Numbered from the stretch's first letter, positions 19,251 through 30,696 are shown. The stretch is DNA of 32,000 nt from Synechococcus elongatus PCC 6301 (GCF_000010065.1 NC_006576.1:1440001-1472000); one strand, 5' to 3'. Notes: generated from the letters alone by a model not told the origin. Program-made: numbers and translations.

Positions 19251-19685
19251 ATGCTGACGCTGCTCCTGCCCGCGACCTGTCGTCACACGATCGCCGTTCA
19301 TTTACAGCAGTGCTATCCCCAAGAAGGTTGCGGTTTGCTGTTGGGAGTGGACAGACGAGTTGAACAGGTTTGGCCCGCCACCAATGTCTGGCAGCCTGAG
19401 GACACCGATGAGGATCACGATCGCTGCGATCGCTATCAAGTTGATCCCCAAGCACTCCTGCAAGCCCAGCGCTACTGCCGCGACCGCCAATGGCAAATTC
19501 TCGGCATTTATCATTCGCATCCCGACCATCCGGCGGTTCCCTCAGAATGCGATCGCCAGCAGGCTTGGCCTGAGTATGTTTACCTCATCGCCTCAGTCAC
19601 GCAAGGTAAGATTGAAGACTGTCGTTGTTGGCACCTGAACGACCAACGACAGTTTGAGGCGATCGCGATCGCCGAGCCGACCTGA
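19251..19685 (+). CDS. JAMM/MPN+ metalloprotease-like protein (Mov34 family)
   Basis: 'PQEGCGLLLG' and 'ILGIYHSHPDHPAVPSECD' JAMM motif. Confidence 0.88.
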   Translation: MLTLLLPATCRHTIAVHLQQCYPQEGCGLLLGVDRRVEQVWPATNVWQPEDTDEDHDRCDRYQVDPQALLQAQRYCRDRQWQILGIYHSHPDHPAVPSECDRQQAWPEYVYLIASVTQGKIEDCRCWHLNDQRQFEAIAIAEPT

Positions 19686-19711
19686 GCAGGCTAAGGGCCC
19701 TAATTCAATCC

Positions 19712-20887
19712 ATGCTCAACCTCGACACGGACTCTATTCAACTCACCCAAGACGACTACGCCCGCTACTCTCGGCATTTAATCCTGCCGGAAGTGGGTCT
19801 GGAAGGTCAAAAGCGTCTCAAGGCTGCCAAGGTGCTCTGCATCGGTACCGGTGGTCTGGGTTCACCACTGCTGCTCTATCTGGCGGCGGCAGGAATCGGA
19901 CGGATTGGGATTGCCGATTTTGATATCGTCGACCACTCCAACCTGCAACGGCAAGTCATTCACGGCACCTCGTGGGTGGGCAAGCCCAAAATTGAATCGG
20001 CGAAAAACCGGATCCACGAGATCAACCCCTACTGTCAAGTCGATCTCTACGAAACGGCACTGAGTTCCGAAAATGCGCTGTCGATCCTCGAACCTTACGA
20101 CGTGATTGTCGACGGCACCGACAACTTCCCGACGCGCTACCTCGTCAATGACGCCTGCGTGCTACTCGGGAAGCCCAACGTCTATGGCTCAATCTTCCGC
20201 TTTGAAGGCCAAGCGACGGTTTTCAACTACGAGGATGGCCCCAACTACCGCGACCTCTATCCAGAACCGCCGCCACCGGGCATGGTGCCCTCCTGCGCTG
20301 AGGGCGGTGTGCTCGGCATTTTACCGGGGATCATCGGTGTGATTCAGGCAACCGAGACGGTCAAAATTATTCTGGGTCAAGGCCAAACTCTGAGCGGTCG
20401 CCTACTGCTCTACAACGCACTGGATATGAAATTCCGCGAGCTAAAACTGCGGCCCAATCCAGAGCGTCCGGTGATCGATCGCCTGATCGATTACCAAGAG
20501 TTTTGTGGGATCCCCCAAGCGCAAGCAGCCGAAGCAGCTGCCACGGACTCGATCCCCGAGATCAGCGTCACGGAACTCAAGGCCATCCTCGATCGCCAAG
20601 ATCCGGAAGTCTTGCTAATTGACGTGCGTAACCCCCACGAAGCAGAGATTGCCACGATTCCAGGAGCCATCTTGGTGCCACTGCCCGACATCGAAGCCGG
20701 TGCAGGTGTTGAGACAGTGCGTGAACTCCTCAACGGCAAGCGCGAGCTGATCGTTCATTGCAAGATGGGAGGGCGATCGGCCAAAGCCCTCGGCATTCTC
20801 AAAGAGGCGGGGATCACCGGCACGAACGTGGCTGGCGGGATCAACGCTTGGAGTCAAGACGTCGACCCCAGCGTGCCGCAGTACTAA
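19712..20887 (+). CDS. moeB: ThiF/MoeB-type adenylyltransferase with C-terminal rhodanese domain
   Basis: 'CIGTGGLGSPLLLYLAAAGIGRIGIADFDIVDHSNLQRQVIH'; rhodanese 'VLLIDVRNPHEAEIA' and 'LIVHCKMGGRSAKAL...NVAGGINAW'. Confidence 0.9.
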   Translation: MLNLDTDSIQLTQDDYARYSRHLILPEVGLEGQKRLKAAKVLCIGTGGLGSPLLLYLAAAGIGRIGIADFDIVDHSNLQRQVIHGTSWVGKPKIESAKNRIHEINPYCQVDLYETALSSENALSILEPYDVIVDGTDNFPTRYLVNDACVLLGKPNVYGSIFRFEGQATVFNYEDGPNYRDLYPEPPPPGMVPSCAEGGVLGILPGIIGVIQATETVKIILGQGQTLSGRLLLYNALDMKFRELKLRPNPERPVIDRLIDYQEFCGIPQAQAAEAAATDSIPEISVTELKAILDRQDPEVLLIDVRNPHEAEIATIPGAILVPLPDIEAGAGVETVRELLNGKRELIVHCKMGGRSAKALGILKEAGITGTNVAGGINAWSQDVDPSVPQY

Positions 20888-20917
20888 CTACTAGGGGCGA
20901 TCGCCTGTAGTCATCCC

Positions 20918-20965
20918 AGCCCGATCGCAGTCCCTCCCAGCGAGGTAGAGGCGAGCGGGCTTTTT
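20918..20965 (+). terminator. candidate rho-independent terminator after moeB-like gene
   Basis: AGCCCGATCGC (20918-20928) pairs with GCGAGCGGGCT (20951-20961) with one mismatch, followed by TTTT. Confidence 0.5.
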
Positions 20966-21322
20966 GCTGCCCACGCGACCGTGAGCATCGCATCACAATT
21001 CCCGAAAAATGCAGGAATTGAATCCTGAATCTTAGTGGTTTTGGATAACTAGTGGTTAGGTCCACCCGCTGTAGCAACGGCGCGATCGCCATCACACAAA
21101 CTGTTACGTTCGACGCCGCGACTCCTAGGGAGCTAAGCACAGGAAGACAAGTGCTGTAGCTCAGACCCAGTCAGGCTTTTCGCAATTTGGTGGACTGCGA
21201 TACAGACAGCTGCAGGATGAGCCATCACAGTTTGAAATTGAACAGTAAGTTTTTCTTAAGACCCAAATCCAAATAGGCGTAATACCCTAAATCTTGAATC
21301 TCGGTGGTGTGAGAGTGCGGTT

Positions 21323-21841
21323 ATGACAAAACGCAAATCTCCTAGGCTCCATCGGCCTCGGCGCAGCCGTGTTGAGCCCTGTGAACCTGTCATTGACAGT
21401 ATTCCTTGGGAACTTTACGAGGCGCTGCGTCAGCAGCATGAGGCATTACTCGATTGGGTTGCCCAGTTAGAGGCTACGGTGGCTGATCCACTCTTGCAGC
21501 CGCCATCTGTGCCTGCAGCCGCAACCGATGCGCAAGTGCAGCGTCTGCGCACAGAAAACCAAGAACTTCGCGATCGCTTAGATCGCCAGCAACGCTATAT
21601 CTGCCAGTTAAAGCGGGCTTTGGAATCGAGCTTGGAAGGGCAAGTACCCATGGAGCTCTTGGCCAGCTTGCAACCCACGGTCGAAGCAGCTCCAAGCCCA
21701 GCCACGATCCCCCCAGTCCCCGCTGAACTCCTCTCTTCACCGCTGGAACCCGCAATCGCCAGTACCACCGTTGCGCCCAGCCCTCGTAAGAGTTTTGCGG
21801 CTGTGCAATTGCCACGCTTCCGCGAGGTACATCGCAGTTGA
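21323..21841 (+). CDS. hypothetical protein with short coiled coil
   Basis: 172 aa; 'VQRLRTENQELRDRLDRQQRYICQLKRALESSLEGQ' coiled coil, basic N-terminus, low-complexity C-terminus. Confidence 0.65.
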   Translation: MTKRKSPRLHRPRRSRVEPCEPVIDSIPWELYEALRQQHEALLDWVAQLEATVADPLLQPPSVPAAATDAQVQRLRTENQELRDRLDRQQRYICQLKRALESSLEGQVPMELLASLQPTVEAAPSPATIPPVPAELLSSPLEPAIASTTVAPSPRKSFAAVQLPRFREVHRS

Positions 21842-21927
21842 GGCTAGGGGACTAAGGTTGGCGGCTGAGGGCTAGTGACGGAAGCGATCGCCCCTCGACC
21901 GAAAACTTTCTCAGCAGAGAAAATTAA

Positions 21928-23673
<1,746 letters not shown>

Positions 23674-23698
23674 TCCCGCTGTTCTGATCGCTCGAACC

Positions 23699-23929
23699 CT
23701 AGGGCGATTTGCCCTCAACCTCAGTCTGGGGTTGGGGGCTTGCTGCGATCGCGAGTGATCGCCAGCGCCAGACCAGCGCGACTCCCAGCAGCAGGGGTGG
23801 CAGCAAAACCAAAGTCAACGCCACGGTATCGGTTGCCGGGAGGGGGAAGCGGGGACCCAGTTCTCGAATTGTCCAAGAAATAGCGATCGACAGACCGAGG
23901 AGTTGCAGTAAAAACAGTCCTGATTTCAT
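23699..23929 (-). CDS. small membrane protein, hypothetical
   Basis: 76 aa, two TM segments; overlaps the upstream gene by 4 bp. Confidence 0.55.
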   Translation of the reverse strand: MKSGLFLLQLLGLSIAISWTIRELGPRFPLPATDTVALTLVLLPPLLLGVALVWRWRSLAIAASPQPQTEVEGKSP

Positions 23930-24543
23930 GCGGATTGACCAGTGCCAGGCCGTTGCAAGACAAAGACGCTGCCTTCATTGCCGCGATTGATCCGCAGGTC
24001 TTGGTCGAGATACGTCAGCTCAATCCAGCCACGCCGATTGCCGGGCTGAACCGGGAAATCAATGCCCGTCCAAATGCGCTGATCCTGCCCCAGTCGCTCG
24101 ACCCAAGTCGCCACATTGCGGTAGCCCAAGAAGCGCTCCAGTCCCAAAACAAGGCGCTGAAAGCTGACTTCCAGCCGGCGATCGGAAACTACTTCAAACT
24201 GGGCGGCAACGCTGACCAAGCCTGTCCCCAGAAGACTTTGCACCTCAGCTAAGTTGACGACGCGGCGATCGCTCAGGCGCAGACATTGCCAAATTTCACC
24301 CAGAGCGAGCAGGGGTAAGCGATCGATGCCCAGCAGTTCCAAACTGGTGGTGAACAACAGCTTCCAGTCGCCCTCCAGCAGGGCCGTTGCCGTCGTGGGC
24401 TCAGGCGTAGGATTGATTGCCTCCAGCTCTGCAATCGCCCGCAGGATACGGTCTGCCTCCGCCGGTTGAGGCTGCCACGGTTGTGAACAAGCAGCGATCG
24501 CTGCCAACAGGTCGTGCTTTTGGGCTGAGCAGTGAGCCGTCAT
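23926..24543 (-). CDS. PAP/fibrillin family protein
   Basis: 'LEGDWKLLFTTSLELLGIDRLPLLALGEIWQCL', 'YRNVATWVERLGQDQRIWTGIDFPVQP', 'LTYLDQDLRINRGNEGSVFVLQR'. Confidence 0.75.
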   Translation of the reverse strand: MTAHCSAQKHDLLAAIAACSQPWQPQPAEADRILRAIAELEAINPTPEPTTATALLEGDWKLLFTTSLELLGIDRLPLLALGEIWQCLRLSDRRVVNLAEVQSLLGTGLVSVAAQFEVVSDRRLEVSFQRLVLGLERFLGYRNVATWVERLGQDQRIWTGIDFPVQPGNRRGWIELTYLDQDLRINRGNEGSVFVLQRPGTGQSA

Positions 24544-24617
24544 GGCTGCGGTCCCTACGTTAGGATAAAAGATCGGTGCGAGTCATTGATCGTGCCCTAG
24601 CTTGCGTTGCCGCCACT

Positions 24618-24857
24618 ATGCTCAAAAATCCTTCTCTCAAACAGTATCCCCGTCAGCAGCCAGCGCCGTTGCTGCCGGCATCGGATGAGCCCGATCTGTT
24701 GACTTGGCTCGAAAGCAGTGGCCGTTTAATCGCCCGCGATAATGTCGCAGAACCCGACTTCCCGACCGCTGAGGAAGAGGAAATTTCAGCCTTGATGGGC
24801 GTTGAGGATTCGTCCTACGACGATTACGACGAAGACGATTCCTACGACGAAGACTAG
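24618..24857 (+). CDS. DUF3134-like protein with acidic tail; Met start proposed within ORF 24576..24857
   Basis: 'MLKNPSLKQYPRQQPAPLLPASDEPDLLTWLESSGRLI' and C-terminal 'YDDYDEDDSYDED'. Confidence 0.7.
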   Translation: MLKNPSLKQYPRQQPAPLLPASDEPDLLTWLESSGRLIARDNVAEPDFPTAEEEEISALMGVEDSSYDDYDEDDSYDED

Positions 24858-24862
24858 GCGGA

Positions 24863-25969
24863 GTGGCTCCTGTGTCTTGGGGACAGGCGCTCCGCAACTA
24901 CAAGCCCACCGGCCAGCAGCTGTTTTTCAGCCTAACCGCTCTCTTGGCGGCTGCGGTTTGGGGTCGCGATCGTCAGTTAGACATTGGGCTGTTCAGCCCC
25001 CAAAGTCAATTGCTGGCTTTGGGGTTGGGTTTTAGCCTCGCGGCGATCGCCGGCTACTGGGTCGTGCCGCTGCTTCGTCGCATCAAGGCAGGGCAATTTA
25101 TTCGCGAAGATGGGCCGCAGTCCCATTTGCAAAAAGCCGGAACCCCGACCATGGGAGGCATTTTTGCGATTCCTGCTGGCCTCTTGCCTGCCCTGATTCT
25201 GGCGGGGCGATCGCCCCTAGTGTGGGCGCTGGCGTTCGTGACGCTGGCCTATGCCACGATCGGTTGGCTGGATGACTGGCAAATTCTGCGGCATCGCAAC
25301 AACAAAGGAATTTCTCCCAAGCTCAAGCTCTGCCTGCAGTTTGGGGCTGCCTTCCTCTTCTGCCTATGGCTGATCAGCCAGCAGGGTTGGCAAGGCACAA
25401 TCACGACGATCACTCTGCCCTTTGGCTGGAGTTTAGCCCTCAGTCTGCTGTTCTGGCCCTTGGCCGTCTTCACCTTGGTGTCCGAGAGCAATGCGACCAA
25501 CCTGACCGATGGGTTGGATGGGCTAGCAGGGGGAACAGGTGCCGCTGTCCTTGCTGGCTTGGGTCTCTGGCTGGCACCTCAAGACCCGGCGATCGCGACC
25601 TTCTGCTGCAGTTTGGCTGGGGGCTTCCTCGGCTTTCTCCTCCACAATCGCAACCCAGCCCGTGTCTTCATGGGTGATACCGGATCTCTCGCTTTGGGCG
25701 GGGCGATCGCCGCGATCGCGATCGTGGCTAACTGCCTCTGGGTGCTGTTGGTGATGGGCGGCTTATTTGTCTTGGAATCGATCTCCGTCATACTCCAAGT
25801 CAGCTACTACAAAGCCACCAAAGGGCCTGATGGCAAAGGTAAGCGCTTATTGCGCATGGCTCCTTGGCACCATCATCTCGAACTGGGGGGCTGGAGCGAG
25901 ACACAGGTGGTCGCCAGTTTTTATGGCTTGACGCTGCTGTTGATTGCCAGTTGTTGGCTCTTAAACTAG
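24863..25969 (+). CDS. mraY: phospho-N-acetylmuramoyl-pentapeptide-transferase
   Basis: 'GTPTMGGIFAIP', 'NLTDGLDGLAGGT', 'FMGDTGSLALGGAIAAIAI', 'MAPWHHHLELGGWSETQVV'. Confidence 0.95.
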   Translation: MAPVSWGQALRNYKPTGQQLFFSLTALLAAAVWGRDRQLDIGLFSPQSQLLALGLGFSLAAIAGYWVVPLLRRIKAGQFIREDGPQSHLQKAGTPTMGGIFAIPAGLLPALILAGRSPLVWALAFVTLAYATIGWLDDWQILRHRNNKGISPKLKLCLQFGAAFLFCLWLISQQGWQGTITTITLPFGWSLALSLLFWPLAVFTLVSESNATNLTDGLDGLAGGTGAAVLAGLGLWLAPQDPAIATFCCSLAGGFLGFLLHNRNPARVFMGDTGSLALGGAIAAIAIVANCLWVLLVMGGLFVLESISVILQVSYYKATKGPDGKGKRLLRMAPWHHHLELGGWSETQVVASFYGLTLLLIASCWLLN

Positions 25970-28356
25970 CTGAGCAAGTCCTCATTGACGGTGCTAAAGC
26001 TGCGGCCTTCAGCCACCACAATGCGATCGCCGCCCTTCTCTAGAGCTCGGCTGAGCACATCAATCGCTGCTGTAGTCAAGCTCGACAGGTCGGTTCCATG
26101 GATCGGAAATTCGGCAATGCCAGCACTGATCCGAATCGGAGCCTGACCCACCAACTCCGCTGAAGCCTCTCTGGACTGCTGGAGTAGTAATTTCACCTGT
26201 TCGATCCGCTGGATCGCGATCGACCAACCGACGCCGTAAAAGCCCAAGACAAATTGCTCATCGGTCCAACGGGCAACAACATCCTCGCGGCGGCAAGAGC
26301 GCTGGAGTCGGGCAGCCAGCTGGATCAGCTGCTGTCGATGAACTCCCGGAGCGATCGCCTCTCCTTCTGGCGGGGGCGACAGTTGAATCACCGCTAGGGT
26401 CAAGGGCTGACGATAGCGCTGGGCCAGGCCTAGTAGCAGCGACAACACCTCTCGGGCACGCCGTTGATTCACCAAACCAGTCAGGTTATCGGCGGCAGCC
26501 AGCCGCTGGAGCTGGCGGTACTTTTCCAAGCGGTTGTAAATCCGAGCCACTAGCTCGGAACTGGCGATCGGCTTCGTGATTACATCATCAGCGCCGTAGC
26601 GCAGGGCTTGCTGAACCAATTCAGAATCGTAGCGCTCCGCCAAAATCAGGATGGGCTGATTGATCCAGTAGCGATCGCTGCGCAGGGCTCGACAGAGCTC
26701 AAAGCCGTTGTAGCCCGGTAAATCGGCATCCAAGATGATCAGATCAGGCTGACTGCTCTCGAGTATTTCCCAGAATTGTTCGCCGCGCTTGCAGACCGTT
26801 AATTGCCAGCCCCAGGGTTGCAAGAGCTGTTGCAGGTAGGTCAGCAAAGCCGGGTCATCATCAGCAATGAGGACAGTGTCTGGGGTAACCTGCGGCTCCA
26901 GAAAGGTAAAGGCCTGATCAAGGATGACTTCCGCACTGACGAACTTGTGAAAAAAGCGCTGGCTACCCAGTCTGGCTGCCTGAATCCGCGAGGGCAAACT
27001 ACTATCGGAGACCAGCAGAATGGGCAAGTGCGGTTGACTCTGGACTAAATCCACCAGCAACGGATCCTCGAGTTGCTCGGGTGCAACCTCGAGAATCAGC
27101 AGATCGATCGCTTGGGAATCGAGACTATCGGCCGCACTGTCGAGATCCAGCCGGATCGTTGCCCCAAGGCCGCGCAGATTCGCTTTAGTGGCAACTTCTT
27201 CCGCCCATTGGCGATCGCGGCTCCAGACTTCGATCTGATTGCGGAGTCGTCGGCCATTGATCGCCGAAGCTGGGGCTAAGGGCGTGAGCGATCGCACCGG
27301 CGGTAGGGCATCCGAGGCTCCGAGCAGCACCCGCAGCTGTTGCACCTGAGCCAGCAGCGATTCTAGGGTAGTGGGGTTGGCCTCAGTTTCTAACTCCAAG
27401 GAGTGTAATCCAGCCGCCAGAATTCGGGCATTCTGCGACTCCTTCTCAAAGCCGAAGCTGCCGAGCGCACCCGCTAACGTCTGAGCATGACGGTAGGCCT
27501 CAGTCCGTTCAATGGCAGGAATCTGCTCCCAACCTGACAGGGTAATCGCGATCGCATCCAGCCGTTGCCAGTACTCATGGCGATAGCGTTGCCAAATCGC
27601 TTGCCGATTGGGAATTTGTGGAGCGTCATCTATGGACTGTGCAGCGTGGTTATCGAGGGTCTTGGGTTGCGATCGCCAATGCCAACCGAGGCCGTAGAGG
27701 AGTTCTAAACTTTCTGGAGAGCCGGCCACTGCCAGTTTGTAGTTGAGCTCTGTCACAATTTCCGAGAGCTGCAGGGGATTCGGCGCAACAGATTGAGGCC
27801 AAATCATACGCAGCAAAATCGACTCACTAAAGACGCGATCGGGAGAACTGAGCAACAGTTCTAGTAGGTCGTACTCCTCGGGTCGTAAATTGAGGTTGAT
27901 GCCGTCGAAGGAGGCTTGGCGCGATCGCGGCTGGAGGATGAAGTTGCCCCGACGGAACTGATCTGATTGCAAGGTCCGCAAGCGCCGCACCACTGCTCGC
28001 AGACGCGTGACAAATTCTGTCACGGGCATCGATTGCAGCCAGACTTCATCGGCCCCAGAGTCTAACAAGGCAATCGCCGGATCGTAGTCACCAGGGGCCG
28101 TGATCAGGACAATTGGCAGATCGTTGCGAGCCTTTAGTCCCGGCTCAGATTGACGCAACTGCTGACAGAATTGCGTCGTGTCGCTAGCTGACTGTAAACC
28201 ATTAATAAAAATCAGGTCAGCATTGGCTGATTGGAGACTTTTAATCCCGATGGGTAGGGAGGGAACAACCTTAAGCGCAATTCCTTCAGTTGTTAAAGCC
28301 TTACGCCAGCCTGCGGGGAGTTGCTCATTATTTACTACTAATAAAGCGCAAACCAT
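25966..28356 (-). CDS. multidomain regulator: degenerate REC, OmpR-type wHTH, degenerate HPt-like, degenerate REC, canonical REC, degenerate GGDEF
   Basis: wHTH 'LRPEEYDLLELLLSSPDRVFSESILLRMIWP'; canonical REC 'VLIADDDPALLTYLQ...PDLIILDADLPGYNGFELC...DDVITKP'; GGDEF-like 'DNLTGLVNQRRA...RWTDEQFVLGFYG...ISAGIAEFPIHG'. Confidence 0.8.
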   Translation of the reverse strand: MVCALLVVNNEQLPAGWRKALTTEGIALKVVPSLPIGIKSLQSANADLIFINGLQSASDTTQFCQQLRQSEPGLKARNDLPIVLITAPGDYDPAIALLDSGADEVWLQSMPVTEFVTRLRAVVRRLRTLQSDQFRRGNFILQPRSRQASFDGINLNLRPEEYDLLELLLSSPDRVFSESILLRMIWPQSVAPNPLQLSEIVTELNYKLAVAGSPESLELLYGLGWHWRSQPKTLDNHAAQSIDDAPQIPNRQAIWQRYRHEYWQRLDAIAITLSGWEQIPAIERTEAYRHAQTLAGALGSFGFEKESQNARILAAGLHSLELETEANPTTLESLLAQVQQLRVLLGASDALPPVRSLTPLAPASAINGRRLRNQIEVWSRDRQWAEEVATKANLRGLGATIRLDLDSAADSLDSQAIDLLILEVAPEQLEDPLLVDLVQSQPHLPILLVSDSSLPSRIQAARLGSQRFFHKFVSAEVILDQAFTFLEPQVTPDTVLIADDDPALLTYLQQLLQPWGWQLTVCKRGEQFWEILESSQPDLIILDADLPGYNGFELCRALRSDRYWINQPILILAERYDSELVQQALRYGADDVITKPIASSELVARIYNRLEKYRQLQRLAAADNLTGLVNQRRAREVLSLLLGLAQRYRQPLTLAVIQLSPPPEGEAIAPGVHRQQLIQLAARLQRSCRREDVVARWTDEQFVLGFYGVGWSIAIQRIEQVKLLLQQSREASAELVGQAPIRISAGIAEFPIHGTDLSSLTTAAIDVLSRALEKGGDRIVVAEGRSFSTVNEDLLS

Positions 28357-28964
28357 ATCGAGGGACTCCGTTAAAATTGCTCATCTCTAGAGACTTGGTC
28401 TAGAGGAGATTCATAGAATTGCTGAGGGAAATTTTGTTGACCAATGGACTTTTACACTCTGCTGATGGCTTCCACAGGCTGACTCATTGTCATTGTCAGT
28501 CCCAAAACAGGGAGGGATAAATGTGTTAAAAAAGTAAATTTTTTGGAAGGAATAGACTGTATTAATGCTAGGGCTGCTCCAGAATTTTAGCTGTTTGCTT
28601 ACTCTGGACATTCATGAATATTAATACCAGATTGTTTGACGTCAGGGCGGTTATCTTGACAAGGTTTATCAGCTTCAATCAGATGGAGCAGCCGCACCTC
28701 AGGGTGGCCGTCTAGACTCAGTCGATCGATTGAGGATCACGGCATTTTGGATCCATGCCTTGATAAAGGTTGTTGGAGTCTAACGCGATTGTGGTCTGCG
28801 GATCAGTTGTGCCGAGCAGACAACACCTGAATTGTTCAGGCCGTGGAGATGGGGGCAGCACAAGACCGAGGCTGGATGCGGGCTCAGTGCAGTGCCCTTG
28901 CGATCGCGTCTTGGACATCATTGAGGTGGAATAGCGAAACTGTCCTAGCGGCTCTCTGAGCAAT

Positions 28965-30131
28965 TTGTCGAGAGGGGCGATCGCCTCGTATGCTGGGCAG
29001 CAGTTTGCGTCGGAGCCCCAGTGGTTGGCGTTGCCCTTTCTATCCTTGGTCATTCCGACCTTTAACGAAGCGGAAAATATTCAGCCCCTGTTGCTGCAGC
29101 TGAATGAGCTACTCGATCGCGCCTTAGCCGATCGCTATGAACTGATTGTGGTGGATGATGACAGCCCCGATCGCACCTGGGCTTTAGCTGAACAGCTTCA
29201 GCCAAAGCTACCGATGCTGACCGTGTTGCGTCGCCAAGGTGATCGCGGTTTGGCGACAGCCGTAGTCTACGGTTGGCAGCGGGCACAGGGAGAAATTCTC
29301 GGGGTGATCGACGGTGATCTCCAACACCCGCCGGAAACGCTGCTGGCCTTGATCCAGACTATGCAAGCTGGGGCTGACTTAGCTGTGGCGAGTCGGAATG
29401 TCTCTGGCGGCGGCGTCAGTGATTGGAGCGTCTGGCGGCGGTTGGGTTCACGGGGGGCACAGCTGCTGGGCCTGCTGATTTTGCCTGAGGTGCTGGGACG
29501 GGTCAGCGACCCTATGAGTGGCTACTTTATGGTGCGGCGATCGCGGCTGGATCTGCCCAGTTTGCAACCCCGCGGCTACAAAATTCTGCTGGAAGTCATT
29601 GCCAAGGGACAGATTCGACAGATTCGAGAGGTAGGGTTTATCTTCCGCGAGCGCAGCCAAGGCGAGAGCAAGGTCACGGCGCGGGAATATTGGCACTACC
29701 TCCAGCACCTCTGCAGCCTGCGACTCCAGCGCTGGGAAAGTGCTCGTTTCCTCAAATTTGTTGGGGCGGGGGCCACGGGCGTCATCGTCGACAGTGTTGT
29801 CCTCTATCTCTTGCACGATCCCAGTCGCTTGGGCTGGCCCTTGCTCCTCAGTAAGTTCATAGCGGCTGAGGTCGCAATTCTCAATAACTTTGTCTTCAAT
29901 GAATTCTGGACATTTGGGGATTTGGCCCGGGGTAGCCAGCGCCGCTATTGGCCTCGTCGCTTCCTCAAGTTCAATCTGATTTGCTCGTTGGGTATTTTCT
30001 TAAATCTGCTCATTCTTAGCCTTTTGGTGGAAGGACTGAAGCTGCACTATCTGCCATCGAATTGGGTAGCGATCGCGGTTGTGACGCTCTGGAACTTCTG
30101 GCTGAATCGCAAACTGACGTGGGTCGGTTGA
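28965..30131 (+). CDS. family 2 glycosyltransferase (dolichyl-phosphate mannosyltransferase-like) fused to GtrA-like membrane domain (start uncertain, TTG in track)
   Basis: 'LSLVIPTFNEAENIQPLLLQLNELL...ELIVVDDDSPDRTW', 'GVIDGDLQHPPETLL', 'DPMSGYFMVRR'; C-terminal 'FLKFVGAGATGVIVDSVVLYLL...NFVFNEFWTF' GtrA pattern. Confidence 0.88.
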   Translation: MSRGAIASYAGQQFASEPQWLALPFLSLVIPTFNEAENIQPLLLQLNELLDRALADRYELIVVDDDSPDRTWALAEQLQPKLPMLTVLRRQGDRGLATAVVYGWQRAQGEILGVIDGDLQHPPETLLALIQTMQAGADLAVASRNVSGGGVSDWSVWRRLGSRGAQLLGLLILPEVLGRVSDPMSGYFMVRRSRLDLPSLQPRGYKILLEVIAKGQIRQIREVGFIFRERSQGESKVTAREYWHYLQHLCSLRLQRWESARFLKFVGAGATGVIVDSVVLYLLHDPSRLGWPLLLSKFIAAEVAILNNFVFNEFWTFGDLARGSQRRYWPRRFLKFNLICSLGIFLNLLILSLLVEGLKLHYLPSNWVAIAVVTLWNFWLNRKLTWVG

Positions 30132-30138
30132 TGCACGG

Positions 30139-30696
30139 ATGGAATCCACAGGGTTAAGAATTCATTGGCAGCCCCCTTCGGAATCGGCGCAGAGCGAGCA
30201 ACTGATCTACGGAATACACCGCACTCTCTTCGGGGACTGTTTGATTGCCAAGACTGCAATCGGTATTTGTCAGCTGGAGCTGTTTGACAGGCTGAGTCCT
30301 ACTGAAGCGCGGCAATATGTCCAAGCAACTTGGCCAAAGGCAGATATCGAGGATCAGCCGACTGCAACGATCGCGATCGCCCAGCAACTCTTTTGCCATG
30401 CAGCCAAGGATCCAGACCCACTCTGTCTGCATGTACGTAGCACAGTCTTACAACAGCAAGTCTGGCAATCGCTGCTGCAGATTCCTCGGGGAGCCACCAC
30501 GACCTATCAAGCCTTAGCAGTCGCGATCGGACGACCCAAGGCTGCCCGTGCAGTTGGCAATGCAGTTGGTAAAAATCCGATCGCCTACCTCATTCCCTGC
30601 CATCGCGTCGTTCGACAGTCGGGGGAATTAGGGGGCTGTCGCTGGGGGCGCGATCGCAAACAACAGCTCTTAGCTTGGGAAGCAGAATGCTTCTAA
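30139..30696 (+). CDS. ogt: methylated-DNA--[protein]-cysteine S-methyltransferase
   Basis: 'VLQQQVWQSLLQIPRGATTTYQALAVAIGRPKAARAVGNAVGKNPIAYLIPCHRVVRQSGELGG'. Confidence 0.88.
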   Translation: MESTGLRIHWQPPSESAQSEQLIYGIHRTLFGDCLIAKTAIGICQLELFDRLSPTEARQYVQATWPKADIEDQPTATIAIAQQLFCHAAKDPDPLCLHVRSTVLQQQVWQSLLQIPRGATTTYQALAVAIGRPKAARAVGNAVGKNPIAYLIPCHRVVRQSGELGGCRWGRDRKQQLLAWEAECF

